Shown here in pieces: positions 28,836-38,396 of a DNA stretch of 64,000 nt. Each line of letters opens with the position of its first letter. Position 1 is the stretch's first letter. The notes beneath the pieces are model-generated. The model had not been told where the DNA came from, did not search any database, and was given only the letters and a program-made list of their open reading frames with translations. Location: positions 18,068 to 82,067 of the forward strand of contig CAVHPN010000006.1 of assembly GCA_963637995.1 (NCBI GenBank), read 5' to 3'. Made by a program: the position numbers and the translations under genes. Source of the DNA: Prevotella sp. CAG:279. GTDB lineage: Bacteria; Bacillota; Clostridia; Lachnospirales; Lachnospiraceae.

Positions 28836-30159
28836 CGGAACAGCGCTTCGTGAGATAGCACTGGAAATATTGACAGAAATTCTTGAAAGGGGACAGTATA
28901 CACATCTGGCCCTTTTTCAGGCTTTATCAAAATATCAATATCTGGATAAATCTGATCGTTCATTTTTAAAACGGATTGTCGATGGTACTGTTGAATATAA
29001 AATTCAAATTGATTATATTATTAACACATATTCCAAAACAAAGGTAAATAAGATGAAGCCGCTCATCCGTACTCTTCTGAGAATGAGTGTTTACCAAATT
29101 TATCATATGGATCGTGTGCCGGATTCGGCAGCCTGTAATGAGGCAGTGCGTCTTACAAAAAAACGTGGATTTTCCGGACTCTCAGGTTTTGTAAACGGAG
29201 TGCTTAGAACTATATCCAGAGAAAAAAACAATATGACTTTTCCAAATGATTCTATTCGCTATTCGATTCCAGAATGGATTTTAGAACTGTGGAACACTAG
29301 TTATGGCAGCGAAAAGGCCGCTTTGATGGCTAAGGCAGGACTGGAAAACCGTCCGTTTATGGTAAGATTTGCAGAGAATCTGGCAAGTAAAGAAGATATT
29401 CTCGCCTCGCTTACCGAACAAAATGTGACGGCACAGGAAGTTATGCCAAAAAGCGGTGTATATTGTTTAAAGGGAATCGATTATCCGGAAAATCTTGATG
29501 TCTTTCGTAAGGGTCTGATTCGTATTCAGGATCTGAGTTCATCTCTTGCGGGAGATGTGGCTGGAATCAAAGAGGGCGATTTTGTTTTGGATGTGTGCGG
29601 TGCGCCCGGAGGTAAGGGACTTCACGCAGCCGATCTGCTTAATGGGACAGGACATGTCGAGATAAGAGATTTGAACGATTATAAGGTCTCCCTGATTCAG
29701 GATAATATTAACCGCAGCGGATGCGATAATGTTTCTGCAGCAGTTTGGGATGCCTGTGTTTTTGACCAGACCATGGAAAATAAGGCTGATATTGTGATTG
29801 CGGATCTGCCATGTTCGGGACTTGGAATTATCGGTCGTAAGCCGGATATTAAATATAATTCTTCTATGGATGCCATAAAAGAGCTAGCCACGCTACAGCG
29901 AAAAATTCTTTCAACCGTCTGGAGGTATGTTAAACCGGGAGGCATACTTGTATACAGTACCTGTACTGTAAATCATCTGGAAAATGATGAGAATCGCTTA
30001 TGGTTTTTGCGTGAATATCCATTTGAACCTGTTGATATAAGCGAGCGCATCGGTCTGGATTTTAACGAAAACAGCCTCAGGGACGGATACATACAGCTTT
30101 TTCCGGGAATTCATCCGTGTGATGGCTTTTTTATTTCAGTGATGAGGAGAAAAGAGTGA
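28828..30159 (+). CDS. rsmB: 16S rRNA m5C967 methyltransferase
   Basis: NusB-like N-terminus, DVCGAPGGK, DLPCSG and YSTCT motifs; ATG 28828 after GGAGGA. Confidence 0.93.
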   Translation: MTDGTALREIALEILTEILERGQYTHLALFQALSKYQYLDKSDRSFLKRIVDGTVEYKIQIDYIINTYSKTKVNKMKPLIRTLLRMSVYQIYHMDRVPDSAACNEAVRLTKKRGFSGLSGFVNGVLRTISREKNNMTFPNDSIRYSIPEWILELWNTSYGSEKAALMAKAGLENRPFMVRFAENLASKEDILASLTEQNVTAQEVMPKSGVYCLKGIDYPENLDVFRKGLIRIQDLSSSLAGDVAGIKEGDFVLDVCGAPGGKGLHAADLLNGTGHVEIRDLNDYKVSLIQDNINRSGCDNVSAAVWDACVFDQTMENKADIVIADLPCSGLGIIGRKPDIKYNSSMDAIKELATLQRKILSTVWRYVKPGGILVYSTCTVNHLENDENRLWFLREYPFEPVDISERIGLDFNENSLRDGYIQLFPGIHPCDGFFISVMRRKE

Positions 30160-31229
30160 TTGAAGAAAAAAGAGATATAAAGTCTATGACTCAGGAAGAA
30201 CTGCGAGATTTTTTGATTGAACTGAACGAGAAACCTTTCCGTGCATCACAGATATTTAATTGGATGCATGAAAAACTTGCAGTTTCATTTGATGATATGA
30301 CCAATCTTTCAAAACAGCTTCGACAGAAATTACAAGATTCATGCTATTTTGTTTCGTTAGAGCCTGTAAGGGTGCAGATATCACAGATAGACGGAACAAG
30401 AAAATATCTGTTTCGCTTGGAGGACGGCAATGTCATAGAGAGCGTTTTGATGCGTTATAAACATGGAAATTCTGTATGCATATCATCGCAGGTAGGTTGT
30501 AGGATGGGATGTCGTTTCTGTGCATCTACGCTTGATGGTCTGGAGCGAAATCTGAGTCCGTCCGAAATGCTTGACCAGATTTATCAAATCCAGCGAGATA
30601 CCGGTGAAAGAGTGTCCAATGTAGTGGTAATGGGGTCAGGAGAACCACTTGATAACTATAATAATCTGTTACGTTTCATTCATCTTCTCACTGAAGAGGG
30701 CGGTTTGCATATCAGCCAGCGCAATGTGACAGTTTCAACCTGCGGATTGGTTCCCAAGATAAGGGATCTGGCAGATCAGGGACTTACCATTACACTTGCC
30801 CTTTCATTGCATGCCCCGAATGATGAAGTGCGAAAGAGCTTGATGCCAATAGCGCGCACTTATGAATTAAAAGATGTACTGTCTGCCTGTCATTACTATT
30901 TTGAAAAAACAGGACGTCGGATGACTTTTGAATACAGTCTGGTGCAGGGAGTTAATGATAACCTTGATGAGGCCCGCGAACTGGCTGCGTTGATTAGCGA
31001 TCAGCACGGACATGTGAATTTGATTCCTGTTAATCCAATTAAGGAACGTTCCTATGTACAATCCGGGAAAAAGGCAATAAATACTTTTAAGGCATGTTTA
31101 GAATCAAAAGGTATAAATGTGACAGTCAGACGCGAGATGGGGCGTGACATAGACGGAGCATGCGGCCAGTTGAGGAAAAGCTATATGGACAAGAAGGCAG
31201 ATGATGACAGTAAGAAAGAAGGTGTATAG
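30156..31229 (+). CDS. rlmN: 23S rRNA m2A2503 / tRNA methyltransferase (radical SAM)
   Basis: SQVGCRMGCRFC, MGSGEP and GACGQL motifs. Confidence 0.95.
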   Translation: MIEEKRDIKSMTQEELRDFLIELNEKPFRASQIFNWMHEKLAVSFDDMTNLSKQLRQKLQDSCYFVSLEPVRVQISQIDGTRKYLFRLEDGNVIESVLMRYKHGNSVCISSQVGCRMGCRFCASTLDGLERNLSPSEMLDQIYQIQRDTGERVSNVVVMGSGEPLDNYNNLLRFIHLLTEEGGLHISQRNVTVSTCGLVPKIRDLADQGLTITLALSLHAPNDEVRKSLMPIARTYELKDVLSACHYYFEKTGRRMTFEYSLVQGVNDNLDEARELAALISDQHGHVNLIPVNPIKERSYVQSGKKAINTFKACLESKGINVTVRREMGRDIDGACGQLRKSYMDKKADDDSKKEGV

Positions 31230-31234
31230 GTCAA

Positions 31235-31981
31235 ATGAAAGCATATGCACTGACCGACATCGGTAAATCCAGGAAAATCAATCAAGATGCTCAATTTTCA
31301 AGTATAGAGCCTGTTGGCGGATTACCTAATCTTTTTATAGTCGCTGATGGGATGGGTGGCCATCAGGCAGGTGATTTTGCTTCCCGTTTTCTTATAGAGA
31401 ATCTGCCGAAGTTTATAGCCAACAGCGGCGAAACCGAACCTGTAGCCGCACTCAGAAAAGGCATTGAAGAAGTTAATCAGGAGCTTTATATGCTTTCCTG
31501 CAGACGAGAGGATCTTGCGGGGATGGGCACGACTCTTGTGGCTGCCTCAATAAAGGGCAATACTCTATATGTTGCAAACGTAGGCGACAGCCGTCTATAT
31601 CATATTGAGCGCTCCGGCATACACCAGATTACAAGGGATCATTCATATGTGGAAGCCATGGTTTCGCTCGGACGGATGAACCGGGGCAGTCATGAATATG
31701 AAGCCAATAAGAATATTATTACACGGGCAATAGGCATCAGCAGCCATGTGCAACCTGATTTCTTTGAAGTTACATTAAATCAGGGAGATTACATATTACT
31801 TTGCTCGGATGGATTGACCAATATGGTTGATAATTCAGCTATTTACCGCCTGGTATTACTGCCGGGCGCGTTGGATACAAAGGCGCGTGCACTTGCTGCA
31901 CTTGCAAATCAAAATGGCGGAAAGGATAATATTGCAATTATTCTTATTGATCCGCAGATTAAGGAGGTGAGAGAGTCATGA
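31235..31981 (+). CDS. stp: PP2C Ser/Thr phosphatase
   Basis: VADGMGG, GTT, NVGDSR, CSDGL and GGKDN motifs. Confidence 0.92.
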   Translation: MKAYALTDIGKSRKINQDAQFSSIEPVGGLPNLFIVADGMGGHQAGDFASRFLIENLPKFIANSGETEPVAALRKGIEEVNQELYMLSCRREDLAGMGTTLVAASIKGNTLYVANVGDSRLYHIERSGIHQITRDHSYVEAMVSLGRMNRGSHEYEANKNIITRAIGISSHVQPDFFEVTLNQGDYILLCSDGLTNMVDNSAIYRLVLLPGALDTKARALAALANQNGGKDNIAIILIDPQIKEVRES

Positions 31982-34185
31982 TGCTGAAACCAGGTACATA
32001 TCTGCAGGAACGCTATGAAATCCTCTCACTGATTGGCACCGGTGGTATGTCTGAAGTATATCAGGCCAGATGCCATACATTAAACAGACTGGTGGCAATC
32101 AAGGTTTTAAAGGATGAATATAGCCAGGATGCTAATTTTGTCAGCAAGTTCAAAATGGAAGCACAGTCGGCAGCGGGACTTTCCCATCCCAATATTGTCA
32201 GTGTCTATGATGTAGTCGACGAAGGCAATCTTCATTACATTGTAATGGAACTTATTGAGGGAATAACTCTTAAAAGCTATATTATAAAAAAAGGTCATCT
32301 TGGAGCAAAAGAAAGTATCGGAATTGCCATACAGGTAGCGCAGGGGCTTGCCGCTGCTCATGATCAGCATATAGTACACAGGGATATTAAACCACAAAAT
32401 ATGATCATATCCCGCGACGGCAAAGTGAAAGTGGCTGATTTTGGTATAGCCAGAGCAGTATCGTCACAGACGATCGGGCCGAATGCGGTGGGATCTGTTC
32501 ATTATATTTCACCTGAACAGGCCAAGGGAGAATACAGTGACGGGCGCAGCGACATTTATTCGCTTGGAATAACGATGTACGAGATGGTAACAGGAAAACT
32601 GCCATTTAACGGAGATAATCCTGTGTCGGTGGCACTTGCTCATTTTGAAGAGCCGGTTCCTAGACCCAGTCTTATAAACCCGGATGTGCCTGAGAGCCTT
32701 GATCGCATAATACTTAAATGCACACAGAAGAAACCCGACAGACGTTATCAGAATGCATATGAATTGATTGCGGATCTGCGTCATGCACTTGTTGATCCTA
32801 ACGACGAATATTTAAAGAAAGCACCTGAATTTAACGAAACATCACCAACCGTGGTCCGAGGAGCTGAAGGTATAAAACAACAGATAGAAAACCAACAGAT
32901 GGAAAACCGTCGAATAGAAAATTGTCAGGTGGAAAACGATCAGGCGGAAAATCATCAGAAGGAAAACCATCAGATAGAAAGCCGTCAAACGGAAGAACAG
33001 AAAAATCAGGAATTCGACTATGCAGCTGAGCAGGATGATTTTACTGAGAACACAGATGAGCAATTTGACAGTGATGAGGGTGATGTCAATCCGCAGATGG
33101 AGCGCTTGCTTACCATGATCGGAATAGGCGCAGCTGTTTTGATTGTAATTGTCGTCATGGTTATAGCGGCAAAGCTTACCGGAGTCTTTAATCTGGGTTC
33201 TGGAGGGCAGGCCAAGAAACAGATAACAGTTGAGGTTTCGTCAGAAGCAGCTGAAAGTGAGAGCCTTGAGTCCACACAATGTAAGGTTCCGTCTCTGGAT
33301 GGTCTTACAGAAGCACAGGCAAAGACTGCACTTGAAAAGGAATCCCTGAAAATTCGATACGAATATACAAAGTCTGAAGAATCAGATAAGGGAAAAGTCA
33401 TAGGACAGAATATAGCAGCCGGCACAGTAGTTTCCAAACAGTCAGAGATCATTGTTACAATTGGTGAAGGCAATGAATCCGTTGACCTGACAACTCTCGG
33501 ACTTGAGGAAATGTCGGTTGAAGATGCCGAAAAGCTTCTTACGGAGAATTATAAACTGACCGTCGAAGAGCAAAATGAAAGCAGTGATACAGTTGAGTCA
33601 GGAAAAATTCTCAGATATAGCCCGTCAACGGCTGAGCCCGGCGGCACTGTCACACTATATATAAGCTCGGGACCCGATGTTCCTACGGTACCGATGCCAA
33701 AGATAACAGGCTTATCTGAAGACAATGCTAAGGTTGTTCTGGAAGCTGTCGGCTTGCAGCTTGGCAATCGCAAGGAGGCTAAAAGTTCAGAAGTTGCAAA
33801 AGGCAAGATTATCAGTCAGGATGTTCAGGAAAAAACAAACACACCTGAGGGAAGTGCTATCGGATACACCGTGAGTCTGGGTAAGGGAACACGTTATGTT
33901 GCAGCAATAAACGATGATTTTCAGATGAGTGAGTTTTTTGGCCCAAGCTCGGGGGATACCCATATTCGCGTCAGCATCGTGATGAAACAGACCGTTTCAG
34001 GCAGCACCGTAACAAAGACCGTTATGGAACCGCGCGAAATTGGCGGAGATATAACACTTCCGATACATTACAATATAGAGGGAGCAGATGGCGTGGAAAC
34101 CGGTGAACTGCAGATTCTTGATCTTACCAATGATCGTGTTCTTAAAACATATGAGCTTGAGTTTGTAGAGGTGTCTGACAATTAG
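31978..34185 (+). CDS. pknB: PASTA-domain Ser/Thr kinase (PrkC/PknB/Stk1)
   Basis: IGTGGM, VAIK, HRDIKPQN, DFG and YISPE motifs; TM helix; about 3 PASTA repeats. Confidence 0.94.
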   Translation: MMLKPGTYLQERYEILSLIGTGGMSEVYQARCHTLNRLVAIKVLKDEYSQDANFVSKFKMEAQSAAGLSHPNIVSVYDVVDEGNLHYIVMELIEGITLKSYIIKKGHLGAKESIGIAIQVAQGLAAAHDQHIVHRDIKPQNMIISRDGKVKVADFGIARAVSSQTIGPNAVGSVHYISPEQAKGEYSDGRSDIYSLGITMYEMVTGKLPFNGDNPVSVALAHFEEPVPRPSLINPDVPESLDRIILKCTQKKPDRRYQNAYELIADLRHALVDPNDEYLKKAPEFNETSPTVVRGAEGIKQQIENQQMENRRIENCQVENDQAENHQKENHQIESRQTEEQKNQEFDYAAEQDDFTENTDEQFDSDEGDVNPQMERLLTMIGIGAAVLIVIVVMVIAAKLTGVFNLGSGGQAKKQITVEVSSEAAESESLESTQCKVPSLDGLTEAQAKTALEKESLKIRYEYTKSEESDKGKVIGQNIAAGTVVSKQSEIIVTIGEGNESVDLTTLGLEEMSVEDAEKLLTENYKLTVEEQNESSDTVESGKILRYSPSTAEPGGTVTLYISSGPDVPTVPMPKITGLSEDNAKVVLEAVGLQLGNRKEAKSSEVAKGKIISQDVQEKTNTPEGSAIGYTVSLGKGTRYVAAINDDFQMSEFFGPSSGDTHIRVSIVMKQTVSGSTVTKTVMEPREIGGDITLPIHYNIEGADGVETGELQILDLTNDRVLKTYELEFVEVSDN
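32881..32985 (+). repeat. Seven 15-bp tandem repeats in the kinase juxtamembrane linker
   Basis: QIENQ QMENR RIENC QVEND QAENH QKENH QIESR. Confidence 0.85.
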
Positions 34186-34209
34186 TTAGAGGAATTGGAA
34201 AAGATAAAT

Positions 34210-35100
34210 ATGCATGGAAAAATAATTAAGGGAGTCGGTGGATTCTATTATGTGCATGATGGCATCGGAAAAGTATACGAGTGTCGCGCGAAAGGTATTT
34301 TTCGCAACAGGGGGATCAAACCCCTGGTGGGAGATGATGTAGAAATAACCGTTCTTGACGAAGAAAATGAAAAAGGCAATATTGATGATATTTTGCCTCG
34401 TAAAAATCAATTGATTCGACCGGCTGTTTCAAATGTAGATCAGGCAATAATTGTTTTTGCCATTACCGATCCGATGCCGAACCTTAACCTTTTGGACCGA
34501 TTCCTTGTTATGATGAAGCGCCAAAATGTTCCTGTAAGCATATGCTTTAATAAGGTTGATTTGGCAGATACATCCAAGCAGGAAAAACTGAGTTTTATAT
34601 ATGAATCTGCCGGATATGATGTTCATTTTATAAGCACATATGAAAAGACAGGACTTTTGGAATTTTATAAGCTTATTGTCGGAAAAACAACTGTTCTTGC
34701 CGGTCCGTCGGGAGTTGGTAAGTCGTCAATTACTAATTTTATACAACCTGAGGCTGAGATGGAGACCGGTGCTATCAGCGAAAAAATCAAGCGGGGGCGG
34801 CATACAACCAGACATTCGGAACTGTTTTTCGTCGAAGAAGAGACCTATATGATGGACACACCGGGATTCAGTTCTCTTTATATTGAGGATCTTGATCCGG
34901 AAGCACTCAAAGATTTCTTTCCGGAGTTCAAAGCCTACGAGGACAAATGTCGTTTTCTTGGCTGCGTTCATATAGGTGAACGTGAATGTGGTGTAAAAAC
35001 AGCGGTTCATGAGCAGAAAATAGCTCAGAGCAGATATGACAATTATTGTATGATGTATCAGGAACTCAAAGAGCAAAAAAAATATCGACGTAAAGTATGA
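34210..35100 (+). CDS. rsgA: Small-subunit-dependent GTPase
   Basis: NKVD, GPSGVGKS, GRHTT, DTPG and Cys/His Zn motif; start could instead be TTG 34195. Confidence 0.94.
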   Translation: MHGKIIKGVGGFYYVHDGIGKVYECRAKGIFRNRGIKPLVGDDVEITVLDEENEKGNIDDILPRKNQLIRPAVSNVDQAIIVFAITDPMPNLNLLDRFLVMMKRQNVPVSICFNKVDLADTSKQEKLSFIYESAGYDVHFISTYEKTGLLEFYKLIVGKTTVLAGPSGVGKSSITNFIQPEAEMETGAISEKIKRGRHTTRHSELFFVEEETYMMDTPGFSSLYIEDLDPEALKDFFPEFKAYEDKCRFLGCVHIGERECGVKTAVHEQKIAQSRYDNYCMMYQELKEQKKYRRKV

Positions 35101-35124
35101 TCTGAACATCAGGAGGATTTAATA

Positions 35125-35799
35125 ATGATTATATTATCACCTTCTATTCTGGGAGCTGATTTTAAGAAACTCGGAGAACAGGTTCGTGAGGTGGCAAATG
35201 CCGGGGCGCAGTATATTCACCTTGACGTTATGGACGGAGCATTTGTACCAAGCATATCATTTGGTATGCCACTAATAAAGAGCCTTCGGTCCGCGACCGA
35301 CCGTATATTTGATGTACATATGATGGTGCAGGAACCGGGGCGTTATATAGAGGATATCAAATCGTCAGGAGCGGATCTTATCTGTGTTCATCAGGAGGCA
35401 TGTCTTCATCTTGATCGCACTATAGCGCAGATCAGAGAAGCAGGTCTTATGACGGGAGTCGCCCTAAATCCGGCCACTCCCGTAGAAACACTGGATATGA
35501 TCCTGCCGCAGGTAGATATGGTTCTCATTATGACTGTAAATCCGGGATTTGGAGGCCAGAAATTCATTCCATATACTATAGAAAAGATAAGAAAACTTCG
35601 CTCTATGTGTGATGAAAGAGGTCTTTCTACACGCATAGAGGTTGATGGCGGTATTACACCGGACAACGTTAAGGAAGTTTTAACGGCAGGTGCTGATGTG
35701 ATCGTAGCCGGAAGTGCGGTATTTAAAAATACTCCGGCAGATAATGTAAAAACTTTTTTGAATATTTTTAATGAATTTGAAGAAGGACGATTAAAATGA
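35125..35799 (+). CDS. rpe: Ribulose-phosphate 3-epimerase
   Basis: HLDVMDG, DVHMM, MTVNPGFGGQ and EVDGG motifs. Confidence 0.96.
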   Translation: MIILSPSILGADFKKLGEQVREVANAGAQYIHLDVMDGAFVPSISFGMPLIKSLRSATDRIFDVHMMVQEPGRYIEDIKSSGADLICVHQEACLHLDRTIAQIREAGLMTGVALNPATPVETLDMILPQVDMVLIMTVNPGFGGQKFIPYTIEKIRKLRSMCDERGLSTRIEVDGGITPDNVKEVLTAGADVIVAGSAVFKNTPADNVKTFLNIFNEFEEGRLK

Positions 35800-36446
35800 A
35801 ACGTTGTTTGATAGTGACCGGAGGTACAATTGACATCGCATTTGCGAAAGATTTTCTTTCGCAAAGGACTTATGATTATGTAATAGCCGCCGATGCGGGC
35901 CTTGAGGTTCTTAAGCCGATGCATATTCACCCCGATGCAGTAGTGGGTGATCTTGATACGGTGGATCACAAAATTCTAAAGGAATATGAAGATCAGCCCG
36001 ATATAAGTTTTGAAATTCACAAACCGGAAAAAGACGAAACCGATACGGAACTGGCACTTCTCACAGCTGCCAGACAAGGCTGCGAGTCGGTCGATATACT
36101 GGGGGCTTTAGGAGGCCGGATGGATCATGCCATCGGCAATATCCAGCTGATGTATCAGTTCTTTTGCCAGGGAATGGAAGTCAATATATATGATGCACGC
36201 AACAGGCTTTATCTCATAGGTTCAAGAAGAACCTTTCACAAAAAAAAGCTATACGGCAAGTACATTTCTTTTCTTCCGATGACCGAAAAAATAGAGGGTC
36301 TGACACTTCGTGGTTTTAAATATCCGCTTCAACGAAGGACTATCATGTTAGGTACCAGCCTTTGCATAAGCAACGAATTAAAGCATGATGAGGGGCTTCT
36401 GGAAATTGAAAGCGGAGTACTTTTGTGTGTTGAGTCACATGATTAG
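35796..36446 (+). CDS. thiN: Thiamine diphosphokinase
   Basis: AADAG, GDLD, EKDETDTE, GGRMDH and ISNE motifs. Confidence 0.92.
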   Translation: MKRCLIVTGGTIDIAFAKDFLSQRTYDYVIAADAGLEVLKPMHIHPDAVVGDLDTVDHKILKEYEDQPDISFEIHKPEKDETDTELALLTAARQGCESVDILGALGGRMDHAIGNIQLMYQFFCQGMEVNIYDARNRLYLIGSRRTFHKKKLYGKYISFLPMTEKIEGLTLRGFKYPLQRRTIMLGTSLCISNELKHDEGLLEIESGVLLCVESHD

Positions 36447-36475
36447 CATAGCTGGTCTTGATATCAATAAAGCTC

Positions 36476-36539
36476 AAAACTGACCCGTTTAAAATAATAA
36501 AAACTGTATGTTTTTCAAGGGACAAATTTATGCTATGAT
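36476..36539 (+). promoter_or_regulatory. Extended -10 promoter with upstream direct repeats (candidate PdxR/MocR sites)
   Basis: AAAACTGACC (36476) and AAAACTGTAT (36500); TGcTATGAT at 36531-36539; no good -35. Confidence 0.45.
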
Positions 36540-36626
36540 TACGCCGAAATAGTTGTTAGGCCTTGTTGTAAAACATTTCTAACGAAGCTTAATAACTGCA
36601 CTCAAATAAAGAGAGGATGAAAAATC

Positions 36627-37229
36627 ATGGCAAACAAATCAAATCAGGCTCAGAAAATTGCAATGGTCGGTCTGTTGGCTGCTCTTTCCTATGTTATCTT
36701 TACATATGGACAGATTAAGATAACACTTCCGGGCGGAGATGCAACATCTATTCATTTAGGAAATGCCGTTTGTGTCATCGGAGCACTTTTAGTAGGCGGT
36801 TTTTACGGAGGCCTTGGCGGAGCAATCGGTATGACAATCGGAGACCTTCTTGATCCGGTTTACATCATCTATGCACCTAAGACATTTATCTGCAAGTTTT
36901 GCATCGGTTTGATAACAGGCTTTGTAGCACACCGAATCGGAAAGATTGACAAAAGCACTGACAGAAAGCATATTTTAGGATTTACAATCGCAGCTGCGGT
37001 TGCAGGACTTTTGTTCAACGTCATTACCGATCCATTGATCGGATATTACTACAAGCTTTGGATTATAGGTAAGCCTGCTGCCGAACTTACACTCGCATGG
37101 AATGTAGCAGCGACATCGATTAATGCGGTTACATCTGTTATTGCATCAGTGGTTGTCTACACGGCAGTGAGACCGGCTCTTCGCAAGACCGGATTTATGG
37201 ATGTGCTGTCAGCAGAGGTCAGGGCATAG
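36627..37229 (+). CDS. ECF transporter S component, probably vitamin B6 (PdxU/PdxU2-like)
   Basis: About 200-aa multi-TM protein with HLGNAVCV..ALL.G..YGG..GAIG..IGDL; adjacent to pdxK. Confidence 0.8.
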   Translation: MANKSNQAQKIAMVGLLAALSYVIFTYGQIKITLPGGDATSIHLGNAVCVIGALLVGGFYGGLGGAIGMTIGDLLDPVYIIYAPKTFICKFCIGLITGFVAHRIGKIDKSTDRKHILGFTIAAAVAGLLFNVITDPLIGYYYKLWIIGKPAAELTLAWNVAATSINAVTSVIASVVVYTAVRPALRKTGFMDVLSAEVRA

Positions 37230-37230
37230 G

Positions 37231-37387
37231 GTTACTCTTGAAGTGCCGGCGTAAGACGGCATGGAAGTTTACTAAGTCAATTTGAAATGGAAACATACAG
37301 GAGACTGTGAAGGACAGAATATTAACTTATCTGTCATGAGCAGTCTCTTTGCTATTAACTGGTATGCCGCCGTAAGGTGGCATACCA
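37231..37387. repeat. Cluster of three intergenic hairpins; the two outer ones share TGCCG.CGTAAG..GGCAT
   Basis: Hairpins at 37243-37262, 37301-37347 and 37360-37387. Confidence 0.6.
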
Positions 37388-37412
37388 TACAGGGATATAT
37401 GGGTAAAATACG

Positions 37413-38249
37413 ATGGCAGAAATTCAAAAAAAAATAGCAGTATTAAATGATTTATCAGGTTACGGACGCTGTTCTCTGACAGCAGCGATTCCAGTGATCA
37501 GTGCGCTTAATGTTCAATGCTGTCCGGTTGTGACGGCAATTCTTTCTAATCACGGCGGATATCCTGAATGTTATATAGATGATTATACCGAAAGAATGGA
37601 ATCCTACATTGCCCCATGGAGAAAAATGGGATTTGAAATGGATGGCATAATGACCGGATTTTTGGGTTCGCCCAGACAGGCATCGATTGTATCGGATTTT
37701 ATCCGGGATTTTAAACGGGAGAACACACTGGTACTGGTTGACCCGACTATGGGGGACAACGGAAAACTATATAGTATCTGTAACGAAGAATTGATTGAAT
37801 CTATGCGTGAACTGATACAGTATGCCGATGTAGTTACACCGAATCTTACTGAGGCCTGCGCACTGACCGAAACACCATACAAAGAGAAGGGATGGACTAA
37901 GAGAGCGTTATCTGATCTCACGTGGAAACTTCAGCTTTTGGGGGCACGCTCAGTTGTACTCACAGGTGTCATAAAAGGACGCCAGATTATAAATGTCATT
38001 CATGAAAAAGGCAAAGAGCCGATTTACCATGCGACAAGGTTTGTCTCCGGAAAATATCATGGCACTGGAGATGTGTTTTCGGCTGTTCTTGGTGCCAGTC
38101 TGGTTCACGGTGTGTCTATGGAAGAAGCAGTCAGACGTGCAGCAATGTTCACAAAAAAATGTGTAGAAAAAACGGTAGAACTCGGATTACCCGAACAGGA
38201 TGGATTATGTCTGGAGGCTTGCCTTTCATATCTTACCAAACTTCACTGA
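37413..38249 (+). CDS. pdxK: Pyridoxal/pyridoxamine kinase
   Basis: DLSGYGRCSL, TGFLGS, DPTMGDNG, TPNLTEA and GTGD motifs. Confidence 0.88.
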   Translation: MAEIQKKIAVLNDLSGYGRCSLTAAIPVISALNVQCCPVVTAILSNHGGYPECYIDDYTERMESYIAPWRKMGFEMDGIMTGFLGSPRQASIVSDFIRDFKRENTLVLVDPTMGDNGKLYSICNEELIESMRELIQYADVVTPNLTEACALTETPYKEKGWTKRALSDLTWKLQLLGARSVVLTGVIKGRQIINVIHEKGKEPIYHATRFVSGKYHGTGDVFSAVLGASLVHGVSMEEAVRRAAMFTKKCVEKTVELGLPEQDGLCLEACLSYLTKLH

Positions 38250-38253
38250 TGAA

Positions 38254-38284
38254 GTTACTGTTCATGTGTTGCTCAAACGGTAAC
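38254..38284. repeat. GTTAC...GTAAC palindromic element
   Basis: GTTACTGTTCATGTGTTGCTCAAACGGTAAC; shares ACTGTTCATGTG with 41593-41604. Confidence 0.6.
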
Positions 38285-38322
38285 CTGATAAAACTTAATG
38301 ATAATAACATATGAAACAGGTC

Positions 38323-38351
38323 TTTTCATAAGGAAAAAGTTGTAGTATAAT
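38323..38351 (+). promoter_or_regulatory. Sigma-A promoter of serS
   Basis: TTTTCA-N17-TATAAT. Confidence 0.55.
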
Positions 38352-38396
38352 GAAACCAATTTTGTGCAGCAGATTGCATAACAGTAGGAGGAAGAT

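Noticed and set aside
32881..32985. CRISPR-like array (also considered for the FtsK repeats)
   Set aside because: Repeats are in-frame, degenerate, spacer-less and lie inside CDSs; no cas genes nearby
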